Shown here: positions 1 through 9,944 of the stretch, piece after piece | Numbering within the stretch: the stretch's first letter is position 1 | Layout of the letters: each line of letters opens with the position of its first letter | NCBI GenBank assembly: GCA_964570195.1 | Contig: CAZMWU010000001.1 | Coordinates: 7,433 to 71,432, forward strand | Direction of reading: 5' to 3' | Length of the DNA stretch: 64,000 nucleotides | Source of the DNA: an uncultured archaeon | GTDB lineage: Archaea > Aenigmatarchaeota > Aenigmatarchaeia > CG10238-14 > SCSR01 | Program-made: the position numbers and the translations under genes | The notes under the pieces: generated by a model | Database searches by the model: none | What the model saw: the letters and a program-made list of their open reading frames with translations, nothing else | Told to the model about the DNA's origin: nothing

Positions 1-11
1 AATCCAAATTT

Positions 12-2444
12 ATGAAAATAATCATTAACGATCCGTCACGAGTGCCCGAAATTCGCGATATGTTGCAAAAAGAAAAACTCGTAGATGACGTCTACGAAGC
101 AGATATACTATTCAAATACAGATTCATGGCCGATAAAGGTATTTCTGGATTCAAGCGATTCAGGGTTTCTGGTACGCAAACCAGAACAAAGACAGTAAAA
201 ACCGATATTACCATGGATGTCAATGAGATACAAGAAATGGAGAGTTTAGAAAACAGCAATTTAAAATACGTATCGATAGATATAGAAACTATATCCAATG
301 AAGGAGCACCAGATCCAAAAAAGGACATAATCGGAATAATCAGCATGTCTTTTCACCCAGATTATAATTCAGAAAAATCCCTAATTTTGGTATCAAAACC
401 ATCCATAAAAAACAGTAAAGATGTTAAATTTTTTTCAAATGAGAAGGAAATGTTAAAGGAATTTCTCAAGATATTGGAAAATTACGATCCTGATGTCATT
501 ATAGGTTACAACATAAATAATTTTGACTTACCATACATACTTTCACGATTACGGGAGAATGATTTGTCAACTATGTTAGGACGGTGTAATCAGAAACCGT
601 CAATCTCAAGAAAAATCGGGGCGTACTATAAAAATACAATAACTGGCAGAATAATAGCCGATGCTTACGACCTCATTAAAGAGTCTATAAGAAAAGGGAA
701 TTTACGCTTAAAAAGACTTGGTCTCGGTGATGTTTCACGTGAACTATTAAACGATCAGAAGATTGACATAGCTCATAGCGAGATATTTGGTCATTGGCAT
801 GGTGACGATAGTCAATTAACAAAGCTGATTAGTTATGCAAAGAAAGATTCTGAGCTTGCTTTAAGACTGATATTGGAAAAAGGTTTACTCGACAAATTTT
901 TTGAACTAAGCAAGGTATCTGGGTTACTTTTACAAGATTGTTTAGATGGCGGTGAAGCACAAAGAGTGGAAAATCTCTTACTAAGAGAGTTTAATAAAAA
1001 CGACTACGTGTTACCATGCAAACCGTCTGAAAGTACATATGGAAAACAAGATAACCAAGAGTTAAAAGGTGCTCTTGTGTTAGAACCGAAAATAGGGCTC
1101 CACACAGATACGACAGTTTATCTTGACTTTAAATCAATGTACCCGTCAATCTTTATAGCGTATAACATTTGCCCAACCACACTTGTTAAAGACAAGTCAA
1201 ATGCAGTTGAAACTATTAAAACACCATATGGCACCGAATTTGTTTCTAAGAGTGTAAGAAAAGGGATACTTCCCACTATACTAATGTACCTAATTCAGGA
1301 ACGAGATAAAGTAAGATACGAAGAAAGACGAAGTTCCGATAAAAATGTAAAACGTTTGCTCGAAGCAAAACAACTCGCATTGAAAATCATGACTAACGCA
1401 TTCTATGGATATACAGGATATCTTAGAGCTAGGCTATACGTTATTGACATCGCAAATACTATAACTGGATGTGGTAGGTTTCTAATTAACCAAACTAGAG
1501 ATATCATAGAAACCAAATCCGAGTACGAAGTCGTCTACGGCGACACAGACTCTATAATGGTTAAAGTTAAAACCAAAGATCTCGACACAGCATATGAAAC
1601 CGGTAGAAAGTTAGAATCTCTGGTCAATTCCGAACTTACAGGAATTGTACAAATGAAGATAGAAAAAGTATTCAAAACCCTATTAATTCTTTCGAAAAAA
1701 CGTTATGTTGGATTAAGTTATGAAAAGTCAAATGGCAATTGGAAAGAAGAAATGGTAATGAAGGGCATAGAGACTGTACGGAGGGATTGGTGCGATGCCA
1801 CAACAAAAATATTATTTGAGGTTCTTAATATCTTACTAAAGGAACAGAATCCGAAAAAGGCATTTGGATATGTCAAAGAATATTTAATGAATCTTGAAAA
1901 AAATGAAGTTTCAATCGAGGATTTGATTATAACAAAAAGCATTTCTAAATCTATAGCGGCGTATAAAGGAATTCAACCTCATGTCGAACTTGTTAAGAAA
2001 CTAAGAAAAAGAAATGGTGAGGCACCAGGCGTAGGCGATAGAGTGAGTTTTGTAATAGTTAAAGGAATGCAACTTCTTTCAGAAAGAGCAGAGGATCCCG
2101 ACTATGTTAAAAAAAACAAATTACAAATAGATGATAAATATTATGTTGAAAACCAGATACTACCACCTTTAGAAAGGGTCTTTGAAGTCATCGGTATAAG
2201 TAAAACAGAATTGCTTGGAATAGGCAGACAAACTCTTCTGAAGGAGATTTTTAAAAACGGCAATAAAACAAACGGAACTGTTTTGAAAGAGAGTCTAGAC
2301 TCATTTGATGGATTTCTATGTAAAAAATGCAACAAATTCTATAGAAGAGTTCCTTTAATCAATCAGTGTTTTGAGTGTGGCGGAGAAATATTATTTTCCT
2401 CAGATAAAAAGATGGCTCATATTGTACAATTAAAGGGTCAATAG
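12..2444 (+). CDS. polB: Family B DNA polymerase (5' end probably upstream of window) with PIP-like motif and C-terminal Zn finger
   Basis: Exo motifs DIET and GYNINNFDLPY; Pol motifs DFKSMYPS, KIMTNAFYGY and YGDTDS. Reading frame is open back to the window start. Confidence 0.97.
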   Translation: MKIIINDPSRVPEIRDMLQKEKLVDDVYEADILFKYRFMADKGISGFKRFRVSGTQTRTKTVKTDITMDVNEIQEMESLENSNLKYVSIDIETISNEGAPDPKKDIIGIISMSFHPDYNSEKSLILVSKPSIKNSKDVKFFSNEKEMLKEFLKILENYDPDVIIGYNINNFDLPYILSRLRENDLSTMLGRCNQKPSISRKIGAYYKNTITGRIIADAYDLIKESIRKGNLRLKRLGLGDVSRELLNDQKIDIAHSEIFGHWHGDDSQLTKLISYAKKDSELALRLILEKGLLDKFFELSKVSGLLLQDCLDGGEAQRVENLLLREFNKNDYVLPCKPSESTYGKQDNQELKGALVLEPKIGLHTDTTVYLDFKSMYPSIFIAYNICPTTLVKDKSNAVETIKTPYGTEFVSKSVRKGILPTILMYLIQERDKVRYEERRSSDKNVKRLLEAKQLALKIMTNAFYGYTGYLRARLYVIDIANTITGCGRFLINQTRDIIETKSEYEVVYGDTDSIMVKVKTKDLDTAYETGRKLESLVNSELTGIVQMKIEKVFKTLLILSKKRYVGLSYEKSNGNWKEEMVMKGIETVRRDWCDATTKILFEVLNILLKEQNPKKAFGYVKEYLMNLEKNEVSIEDLIITKSISKSIAAYKGIQPHVELVKKLRKRNGEAPGVGDRVSFVIVKGMQLLSERAEDPDYVKKNKLQIDDKYYVENQILPPLERVFEVIGISKTELLGIGRQTLLKEIFKNGNKTNGTVLKESLDSFDGFLCKKCNKFYRRVPLINQCFECGGEILFSSDKKMAHIVQLKGQ

Positions 2445-3497
2445 TGATTTTTCCCCTACTATTAATTTAGTAGTTTTTGGAACTCTCTCTTCAAGATTTA
2501 AAATTTTTACTTGGCGACCTATTAAGCTGTCTGATAACCGTTTATTGCAATCTATGTGTACATTATCAAATATAATACAATTTTCTATTTCACCGCTCTT
2601 TATTATCGTTCCATCACCAATTGATGTATAAGGGCCTATATAAACTCCCTTTTCGATTTCGCAGTTCTTACCTATTACTACAGGGCCTCTTATTGTAGCC
2701 CCGCTTCTGACTGTCGTTTTCTCGTCTATGAACACATTCCCTATTATATACGCACCGTCTTCTACTGTACCTAAAATATTTGGTTTTATGTCGTGTAATA
2801 TAAGTCGATTTGCCTCTAATAAATCATCTGGTGTACCAGTGTCTTTCCACCAATCATCAACAAATACATGTTTTACTTCATGCCCATCTTCAATCATCTT
2901 TTGCAAAGCGTCAGTAATTTCCAATTCATTTCTTGCAGATGGAGTTAACTTTTCTATCACGTTGAATATCTTTTCATTTAAAAAATAGATGCCAGTAATG
3001 ACTAAATTACTTTTAGGTTCGCTGGGTTTTTCAATAAGCCTTTTAATTTTATCACCATCGAGCTCTACAACACCATATAACCTAGGGTCTTTTACTTTTG
3101 TAAGATGTATTAAAGCATCGTAATTATGTTCCAAAAAAAGATTCAGAGAATTTTTGATACCACCTTTTAAAAAGTTGTCACCAAGGTACAATACGAACTT
3201 ATCACCAGCAATGAACTGTTTCGATATTTTAACTGCGTGTGCTATTCCCAAAGGTTCAGGTTGTTCTATATATGTTATGTTTATACCATATCTGGAACCG
3301 TCACCAAGCAATTCCTTTATTCCTTCTTTCACAGGTCCCAAGACAATTCCCACATCTTTTATACCAGCTTCAATGATGTCTTCAATAGCGTATAAAATCA
3401 TGGGCTTATTCCCTAAAGGTAATACATGCTTATTTGTAGTATATGTTAAAGGTCGTAATCTTGTTCCGTGACCACCAGCTAATAATAATGCTTTCAT
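2430..3497 (-). CDS. Glucose-1-phosphate thymidylyltransferase, long form (RmlA-like)
   Basis: LAGGHGTRLRPLT, QPEPLGIAHA, EKP and ELEITD motifs; C-terminal hexapeptide repeats. Start taken at MKALL. Confidence 0.9.
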   Translation of the reverse strand: MKALLLAGGHGTRLRPLTYTTNKHVLPLGNKPMILYAIEDIIEAGIKDVGIVLGPVKEGIKELLGDGSRYGINITYIEQPEPLGIAHAVKISKQFIAGDKFVLYLGDNFLKGGIKNSLNLFLEHNYDALIHLTKVKDPRLYGVVELDGDKIKRLIEKPSEPKSNLVITGIYFLNEKIFNVIEKLTPSARNELEITDALQKMIEDGHEVKHVFVDDWWKDTGTPDDLLEANRLILHDIKPNILGTVEDGAYIIGNVFIDEKTTVRSGATIRGPVVIGKNCEIEKGVYIGPYTSIGDGTIIKSGEIENCIIFDNVHIDCNKRLSDSLIGRQVKILNLEERVPKTTKLIVGEKSLLTL

Positions 3498-3686
3498 TGT
3501 ACCATGCTCTAACATGCTAATCAAATGTTAAATATTTAAATTCTTTGCCACACACAGAACAAACAACAATTATTTCACAACATATTACGGATTGTTGGAT
3601 ATCGAAATTCGTTACAGTGAAATAATTTCACACCCAGTGTTTGTATTCACCATTTTGTAATTAGAAAATAAACTCTGGGTCGAATA

Positions 3687-4130
3687 CTAAACATTTTCAC
3701 CTAGAAATTCTATTATTTTTTCATCTATTCTGCATTCTGGCGAATTGTATCTTTTAAATTTATGAGTTCTGACCGCTTTAATACAATTTTCTAAATTGTC
3801 GATGGATTTACAATTAATTAAGTATCCAAGTCTATGCAATTCATTTGCTAAATCCGGGTTATGTACTATAGACGGATTTTCTAGACATATTAATTTCTTC
3901 TTATGTCCCAATACCTCAAAGATAGTACCTGCACCGTGATGTGATATTACAATATCAGCCTTTTTATAAAACTTATGAAGAGGGGCGTGAAACCTAAACC
4001 ATTTAATATTTCGAGGCCTATATTTACTTTCTCCTATCTGAGCGACAACTGGCTCTTTTAGTCTATGCGATATTTCGTCTATTTTTTTAATTAGCTCATC
4101 AAATTTCCATCCAGCGATTACAAATATCAT
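3687..4130 (-). CDS. Alg13/PssE-like GT28 C-terminal (nucleotide-sugar binding) subunit
   Basis: MIFV start, AQIG and ISHHGAGTI motifs; ATGA overlap with the Alg14-like gene. Confidence 0.8.
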   Translation of the reverse strand: MIFVIAGWKFDELIKKIDEISHRLKEPVVAQIGESKYRPRNIKWFRFHAPLHKFYKKADIVISHHGAGTIFEVLGHKKKLICLENPSIVHNPDLANELHRLGYLINCKSIDNLENCIKAVRTHKFKRYNSPECRIDEKIIEFLGENV

Positions 4131-4594
4131 AATAATCTCCCAGCATATACAGCTTTAGGATAAACTTTTTTTAACGGTTCCCATTGGACAAAAAATAAAT
4201 CTGCTATTTTGTATATCAACTTGCCTGATAGTGACGGGTTTCTAACTCTAGACCAACTTTCTATAAAAATAATTTTTTTACCCAGTAGCTTACCCAGATA
4301 ACAAAATGGTATTGGTACATTTGAACCAGGACTAACAATCGCATCTGGATTTTCTCTTAATAATATCATCAATGCCTTAAATAAAATTATAGGATAACTA
4401 CACAGAGTCCTAATATTTTTAGGACCTGTAAATGGCATACTAATGAATTTTACTCTATATCCTTTAAGCAAAGTTTTCGAAACATCTGTATAATGCGTTA
4501 CAAATACCAAATCGAATTTTGACTTTAACTTTTCGGCCAATAATAAACTTTGCGTTAGGTGTCCACCTCGTGTAGTTGCTATCATTATTTTCAT
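4127..4594 (-). CDS. Alg14/PssD-like glycosyltransferase subunit
   Basis: GGHL, FIESWSRV..PSLSGK and FFVQWE..YPKAVY.G motifs. Confidence 0.88.
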   Translation of the reverse strand: MKIMIATTRGGHLTQSLLLAEKLKSKFDLVFVTHYTDVSKTLLKGYRVKFISMPFTGPKNIRTLCSYPIILFKALMILLRENPDAIVSPGSNVPIPFCYLGKLLGKKIIFIESWSRVRNPSLSGKLIYKIADLFFVQWEPLKKVYPKAVYAGRLL

Positions 4595-4662
4595 AAAGCA
4601 TCTGTTTTATCTATAACTTAAAAAGCCTTAAATAGTTCACACCTTTAATATTTTTTGATAGA

Positions 4663-5601
4663 ATGAAAAGAGTCGGTGTAATAGGGGCTGGTAAATGGGG
4701 AATGAACCATATCAGAATATATAAAACACTTCTTCATGAAGTTGAATTCGTTGGTATTTCAGACATTGACCAAGAAAAAAAGTCTATAGCAGATAAGCTC
4801 GAAATAGCATTTTTTCATGACTATAGCGATTTAGTTAAAAATGTTGATGCCGTAAGCATAGTAGCACCTACAAACATACATTACAAACTTGTTAGAGAGT
4901 GCCTGACAAAAAATACACATGTTTTAGTTGAAAAACCATTAGTCTTTACCTCTAAAGAGGCCGAAGAATTAGTGAAATTGGCTAAAGATAAGAGTCTGGT
5001 ATTACATGTAGGATATCTTTTTAGATTTAACCCAGTAGTACCAAAACTGAAAGAATTATTACCCTCAATAGGAGAAATAAGAGCCGTAAATGCCAGATAT
5101 ATACAACCGAATAAACAACGAAACGATTCAGGCGTAGTGTTTAATCTTTCCGTACATTTGGTAGATATTTTAAATTTCATTCTCCCTCAGAAACCAACAA
5201 AAGTTTTATGTAAAAAAACAAATAAACTCGACATTAATTTCGAAGATTCCGCAACTATTATTTTACGGTATGATAAATTTCATGCCGCATTAGAATTAAG
5301 TTGTGAGCATCCTGAAAAACAGCGTGACATGTTCATACTAGGAACTAAAGGGGCGTTATATGCAGATTTCAAAGAGCAAATTTTAATTAAATATACAGCT
5401 CCCCAGATATCTGGCGATGAATGGAAAAGTGAATTCATTTCAATTGAAAAAAAAGAGCCTCTTAGAGAAGAGATCATTAATTTCTTAAAGTCACTAGAAA
5501 ATGAAGAAGCACGTAAGTTAGGGGAAGAAGAAATTTATACAACACGTATATGTGAAAAAGCTCTAGAATCCGCAAACTCGGAACTGGAATTGGAAATATG
5601 A
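4663..5601 (+). CDS. Gfo/Idh/MocA oxidoreductase (WbpB/WlbA-like)
   Basis: GAGKWG Rossmann motif and VEKP motif; adjacent to an acetyltransferase and an aminotransferase. Confidence 0.85.
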   Translation: MKRVGVIGAGKWGMNHIRIYKTLLHEVEFVGISDIDQEKKSIADKLEIAFFHDYSDLVKNVDAVSIVAPTNIHYKLVRECLTKNTHVLVEKPLVFTSKEAEELVKLAKDKSLVLHVGYLFRFNPVVPKLKELLPSIGEIRAVNARYIQPNKQRNDSGVVFNLSVHLVDILNFILPQKPTKVLCKKTNKLDINFEDSATIILRYDKFHAALELSCEHPEKQRDMFILGTKGALYADFKEQILIKYTAPQISGDEWKSEFISIEKKEPLREEIINFLKSLENEEARKLGEEEIYTTRICEKALESANSELELEI

Positions 5602-6239
5602 ACAATTCAAAAATATATGAAAATGTAGAACTTGGTAAAAATGTAGAAATAGAAGATTTTGTTATAATAGGTAAACCACCAACAAGAAGTGTACCGAATC
5701 TCCAAAAAACTAAAATCGGCGATAATTCAATCATACGTTCTTTTACTATAATTTATGCTGGGAATAAGATAGGAGCGAACTTTAAAACAGGTAATGGTGT
5801 AGTAATAAGAGAAAGCAACGAAATAGGGGACAATGTCAGCATTGGTATAGGTAGTGAAATAGCATACAATGTTAAAATAGGAAATGATGTCAAGTTACAC
5901 TCTGATGTGCATGTGTTTGAAAATACCGTTATAGAGGATAATTGTAGAATCAATCCTGGTGTATATTTTTTAAATTCGAAATACCCCTATTCACCAGGTG
6001 AGAAAGAACGTCTGAAAGGATGCATAATTAAAAAAGGTGCTGTTATAGCAGCTAGAGCAATAATAATGCCAGGTGTGACAGTTGGAAGTTATTCTCTAGT
6101 CGGTGCAGGTTCCCTAGTTACAAAAGATATACCACCATTTAAAGTAGTCGTCGGGAGACCAGCAAAAATTATTAAAGATATCCGTGAAATAAAGTTTTCA
6201 GACGGATCTAGAGTATACAGTAATGTTCCGGATGGTTAA
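5598..6239 (+). CDS. Hexapeptide-repeat N-acetyltransferase (WbpD-like)
   Basis: Left-handed beta-helix repeats; GAGSLVTKD..VVGRPA. Confidence 0.85.
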   Translation: MNNSKIYENVELGKNVEIEDFVIIGKPPTRSVPNLQKTKIGDNSIIRSFTIIYAGNKIGANFKTGNGVVIRESNEIGDNVSIGIGSEIAYNVKIGNDVKLHSDVHVFENTVIEDNCRINPGVYFLNSKYPYSPGEKERLKGCIIKKGAVIAARAIIMPGVTVGSYSLVGAGSLVTKDIPPFKVVVGRPAKIIKDIREIKFSDGSRVYSNVPDG

Positions 6240-6240
6240 A

Positions 6241-7356
6241 ATGGAAGTACCGCTTGTTAATTTAAAAGCGCAATATTTGCGATTAAAAGTTGAAATTGAC
6301 CAAGCTATACAAGACGTTATTAACAGTTCTCAATTTTTGAGAGGAGATGCCCTAGAAGAATTCGAAAAGAACTTTGCAAACTTTTGCGGATCTAAATTTG
6401 CAGTTGGATGTAGTTCTGGTACAACTGCATTAGAACTAGCACTCCGTACAACAAAAATAAAACCTTATGATGAGGTAATAACAGTTCCAAATACGTTTAC
6501 AGCTACAGCAGCCTCTATTAGCCATGTAGGAGCTGTACCGAAATTTGTAGATATTGATGGAAAAACATTCAATATAGACGTCAATAAAATAGAAGATGCC
6601 ATTTCTACAAAAACTAAAGCAATTTTACCAGTTCATCTTTATGGTCAACCGTGTGACATGAAACAAATTAAAAGGATTGCAGATAACTACGATTTAATTA
6701 TTATCGAAGATTGCGCTCAAGCAAATGGAGCAGAGTATAATGGTAAACGTCTACCTATATCTGATATAGGGTGTTTCAGTTTTTTTCCAGCCAAAAATTT
6801 GGGTGCATTCGGAGATGCAGGATGCATAGTGACTAACAATGAGGATGTTGCTTCTGTAACTTCAATGCTTTTAGATCACGGACGGGCTAAAAACAAGAAA
6901 TATGAACATGATTTATTGGGATTCAATTACAGAATGGCAAATATACAAGCAGCAGTACTTAATGTGAAATTAAAATTTTTACACAGTTTTAATAAAAAAA
7001 GAAGAGAAAATGCAAAACTGTATAATGATCTTTTGTATAAATTAGACGGAATTGTAATTCCTTTTGAAGCAGAAAATTCAAAACACGTTTATTATGTATA
7101 TACTGTAAAAGTAAAGAAACGTGATGAACTTGCTACCTTTTTAAAGAATAACGGAATAACAACACAAATTTATTATCCAATTCCCTTGCATCTGCAATTA
7201 GCCTATAAAGGTCTAAATTACAAAAGAGGAGATTTTCCAATTTCGGAAAAAGTTTCCGAGGAGATCTTAAGCCTACCAATGTGTCCTGAATTGAAAGAAG
7301 ATCAAATCCGATATGTAGTAGACAAAATAAAAATGTTCTTTTCAGACAATGTGTAG
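6241..7356 (+). CDS. DegT/DnrJ/EryC1/StrS aminotransferase (WbpE-like)
   Basis: PVHLYGQ, EDCAQA and SFFPAKNLGAFGDAG (PLP lysine). Confidence 0.92.
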   Translation: MEVPLVNLKAQYLRLKVEIDQAIQDVINSSQFLRGDALEEFEKNFANFCGSKFAVGCSSGTTALELALRTTKIKPYDEVITVPNTFTATAASISHVGAVPKFVDIDGKTFNIDVNKIEDAISTKTKAILPVHLYGQPCDMKQIKRIADNYDLIIIEDCAQANGAEYNGKRLPISDIGCFSFFPAKNLGAFGDAGCIVTNNEDVASVTSMLLDHGRAKNKKYEHDLLGFNYRMANIQAAVLNVKLKFLHSFNKKRRENAKLYNDLLYKLDGIVIPFEAENSKHVYYVYTVKVKKRDELATFLKNNGITTQIYYPIPLHLQLAYKGLNYKRGDFPISEKVSEEILSLPMCPELKEDQIRYVVDKIKMFFSDNV

Positions 7357-7401
7357 CAATAGCTTTTTATATATAATTAACCTCAAGTATTACGTGATGT
7401 T

Positions 7402-8307
7402 TTGGCTATAGTAAGTATAATAGGTTCCGGTTATGTAGGGTCTTCGATAGGAAAATCTCTGTTAAATAAAGGAAATAAAATTATCTTTTATGATATAAAA
7501 GAATCAGTAATTAATAATTTAAAAAACAATGGTTATAACACTACTAACGATATAAAACAAGCAATTGAAGAATCTGATATATCATTTTTATGTGTACCAA
7601 CTCCAACGAAAGATGGAAAAATTGATTTAAGTTTCTTGAAATCCGCTGTAGAAGCAATAGGAACCCAGTTGAAAATTAAATCTAAATACCATTTAATTGT
7701 TGTTAAAAGTACTGTTGTACCAACAACTACAGAAACCTTTGTAAAATCTCTTCTCGAGAAAACATCAGGTAGAACTTGTGGTAAGAACTTTGGGCTATGT
7801 TCAAATCCAGAGTTTCTAACTCAAGTAAATAAAAATACTACCGATCCGGACTTGAAGGCATGGTATGAAGTTAATCAAGACGGAATAAAAACTTTTGAAG
7901 ATAAATTTATTATTGGTGAATATGATAAAAAATCAGGTGATGTCCTAGAGGAGATGTTCAAAAAATTCAGCGTTCCTGTTTTTAGAACAGATTTAAAAAC
8001 AGCTGAAATGGTAAAATACGCACATAATCTCAAGTTAGCCAATAAGATTTCTTATTGGAATGAAATTTTTCTGATATGTAATAAACTAGGTATAGACTCA
8101 AAAAAAGTTGCCGAAATAGTTAGTTCAGATTCAAGAATCGGAAAATACGGTATTGTCCATGGAAAGGCATTCGGAGGTACGTGCTTACCCAAAGACTTGG
8201 AATCATTTATAACTTTTGCAAAAGAAAATAATCTGAACCCAAAGCTTTTACAAGCCGTATTAGAAATAAATAAACAAATGTTTAAAAAATATGGAGTTAG
8301 AGAATAA
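7402..8307 (+). CDS. UDP-glucose/GDP-mannose dehydrogenase family, lacking the C-terminal UDP-binding domain
   Basis: GSGYVG, CVPTP, KSTV, NPEFL and FGGTCLPKD motifs; only 301 aa; TTG start after a GTGA SD. Confidence 0.85.
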   Translation: MAIVSIIGSGYVGSSIGKSLLNKGNKIIFYDIKESVINNLKNNGYNTTNDIKQAIEESDISFLCVPTPTKDGKIDLSFLKSAVEAIGTQLKIKSKYHLIVVKSTVVPTTTETFVKSLLEKTSGRTCGKNFGLCSNPEFLTQVNKNTTDPDLKAWYEVNQDGIKTFEDKFIIGEYDKKSGDVLEEMFKKFSVPVFRTDLKTAEMVKYAHNLKLANKISYWNEIFLICNKLGIDSKKVAEIVSSDSRIGKYGIVHGKAFGGTCLPKDLESFITFAKENNLNPKLLQAVLEINKQMFKKYGVRE

Positions 8308-8369
8308 AGTGATGATCCTAAATATACTAAAATTTACTAAATTAAACGATTCATAAAGGCTTGACTAAA

Positions 8370-9773
8370 ATGAAAAGAAGGGTTCTAATTATAGGATTAG
8401 ATGGTGCCAGTTTAGATATAATAAATAAGGGGATCGAAAATAATATTTTACCGAATTTCAAAACCATGATAGAAAATGGTATATGTGGAAACCTAAGAAG
8501 TACAATGCCTCCCAAATCTGCTGTAGCATGGTCGTCATTCATGACTGGAAAAAATCCTGGAAAACATGGCGTGTTTGATTGGACTAGATTCAATTCAAAT
8601 TATGAAACTGAAATGTTGAATGGTGGTAATATCATGTGTGACACTATATGGAAACTATTAGGACTTGAAGGGAAATTTTCCATATTAGTAAATATACCAT
8701 TTACTTATCCTCCTGAAAAAATAAATGGAATTGTATTTACTGGCATTGAAACACCGGGAAGTAAACCGGCATTTCACCCTGAAAATTTAGAAATTCCAAT
8801 TGAATTGATGTATGATATAAAACTAGAAGAATTCAATGAAGTGAAAAATATAACAACATTATTAAATATGCTGAAACATGACATTAAAACCAAGTTTGAC
8901 TTGTTCCGATACTTGATTCATAAATATGAATGGGATTTATCAATGATTGCCTTCTACGAAACTGATTATATACAACATAAAGTGCAGTATCATAGAGAGA
9001 AGATATTAGAACTATACAAATATATTGATGAATTGATAGGTGAAATCATAGATACATTGACTGATGATGATATTCTTATTGTGTTGTCAGACCACGGTGG
9101 AGGCAATATTAAGAAGGTATTTCATTTAAACACATGGTTGAAACAAAAAGAACTTCTAGTTACAAAAAAACTGAACTCAGGTTTATTTAGAACAGAATTT
9201 ACAAAAGAAAATATATATAATATTCTTTCGAAGTTAAAACTTCTTCCGATAGGTCTATGGATTTATAAGAAATTCAATATCAGAATACCAGTTACAAACG
9301 CAGAAATCGATTTTAATCAAAGTAAGGCATTTAGTCAATCTTCACTAGGAGTAAGTAGAGGAATAATAATAAATGAAAACTCTCATAAGGAAGAAATAAA
9401 AGCTCTTATTAAAGACGGCTTGTTAGAAATCAAAGACCCCGATAATAAACAAAAAATAATAGAGCATGTTTATGATAGGGAAGAAATATATAGTGGATCG
9501 CATGTAAATGATGCCCCAGATTTGATTGTAATTACAAAAAATTCAGAATATTCAATAAGCAATAGAATGTATGGTAATATGTTGCTTTCAAAACCAACCC
9601 ATTCTCAGATGGGAGCACATACAATGGACGGAGTTCTCATTATTTATAATAAAAAAAATAATAAAAAGAAAATACTTGAAAATGCAAATATTCTGGATAT
9701 GGCACCTACCATATTGAGTTTATTTGACGTCCCAGTTCCGACGGATATGGACGGGACAAAACTTGAAATATAG
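8370..9773 (+). CDS. Alkaline phosphatase superfamily (type I phosphodiesterase/NPP-like) protein
   Basis: IGLDGA, STMPPKSAVAWSSFMTGKNPGKHG, LSDHG, GAH..DG and DMAPT motifs. Confidence 0.85.
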   Translation: MKRRVLIIGLDGASLDIINKGIENNILPNFKTMIENGICGNLRSTMPPKSAVAWSSFMTGKNPGKHGVFDWTRFNSNYETEMLNGGNIMCDTIWKLLGLEGKFSILVNIPFTYPPEKINGIVFTGIETPGSKPAFHPENLEIPIELMYDIKLEEFNEVKNITTLLNMLKHDIKTKFDLFRYLIHKYEWDLSMIAFYETDYIQHKVQYHREKILELYKYIDELIGEIIDTLTDDDILIVLSDHGGGNIKKVFHLNTWLKQKELLVTKKLNSGLFRTEFTKENIYNILSKLKLLPIGLWIYKKFNIRIPVTNAEIDFNQSKAFSQSSLGVSRGIIINENSHKEEIKALIKDGLLEIKDPDNKQKIIEHVYDREEIYSGSHVNDAPDLIVITKNSEYSISNRMYGNMLLSKPTHSQMGAHTMDGVLIIYNKKNNKKKILENANILDMAPTILSLFDVPVPTDMDGTKLEI

Positions 9774-9944
9774 AAAAACGACACCATTTCATATATAACC
9801 AAATTCACTGAGTCTTTTTTAATTTTATTTTCGTTATACTTTAATAACTTTTCTTCTTACATTTTTTTAAACTTGTGGTAGTTTCATTAAAAAATGAATC
9901 ACACATTCAAACACAGAATCAAAACCCATTCCAACTTCCAGTCT

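Noticed and set aside
12..2444. Intein or split PolB (also checked RadA)
   Set aside because: Motifs are contiguous with normal spacing; no intein termini seen
3522..3660. Minus-strand CSVCGKEF zinc-ribbon-like fragment
   Set aside because: No in-frame start (a TGA lies upstream); too short to support as a gene
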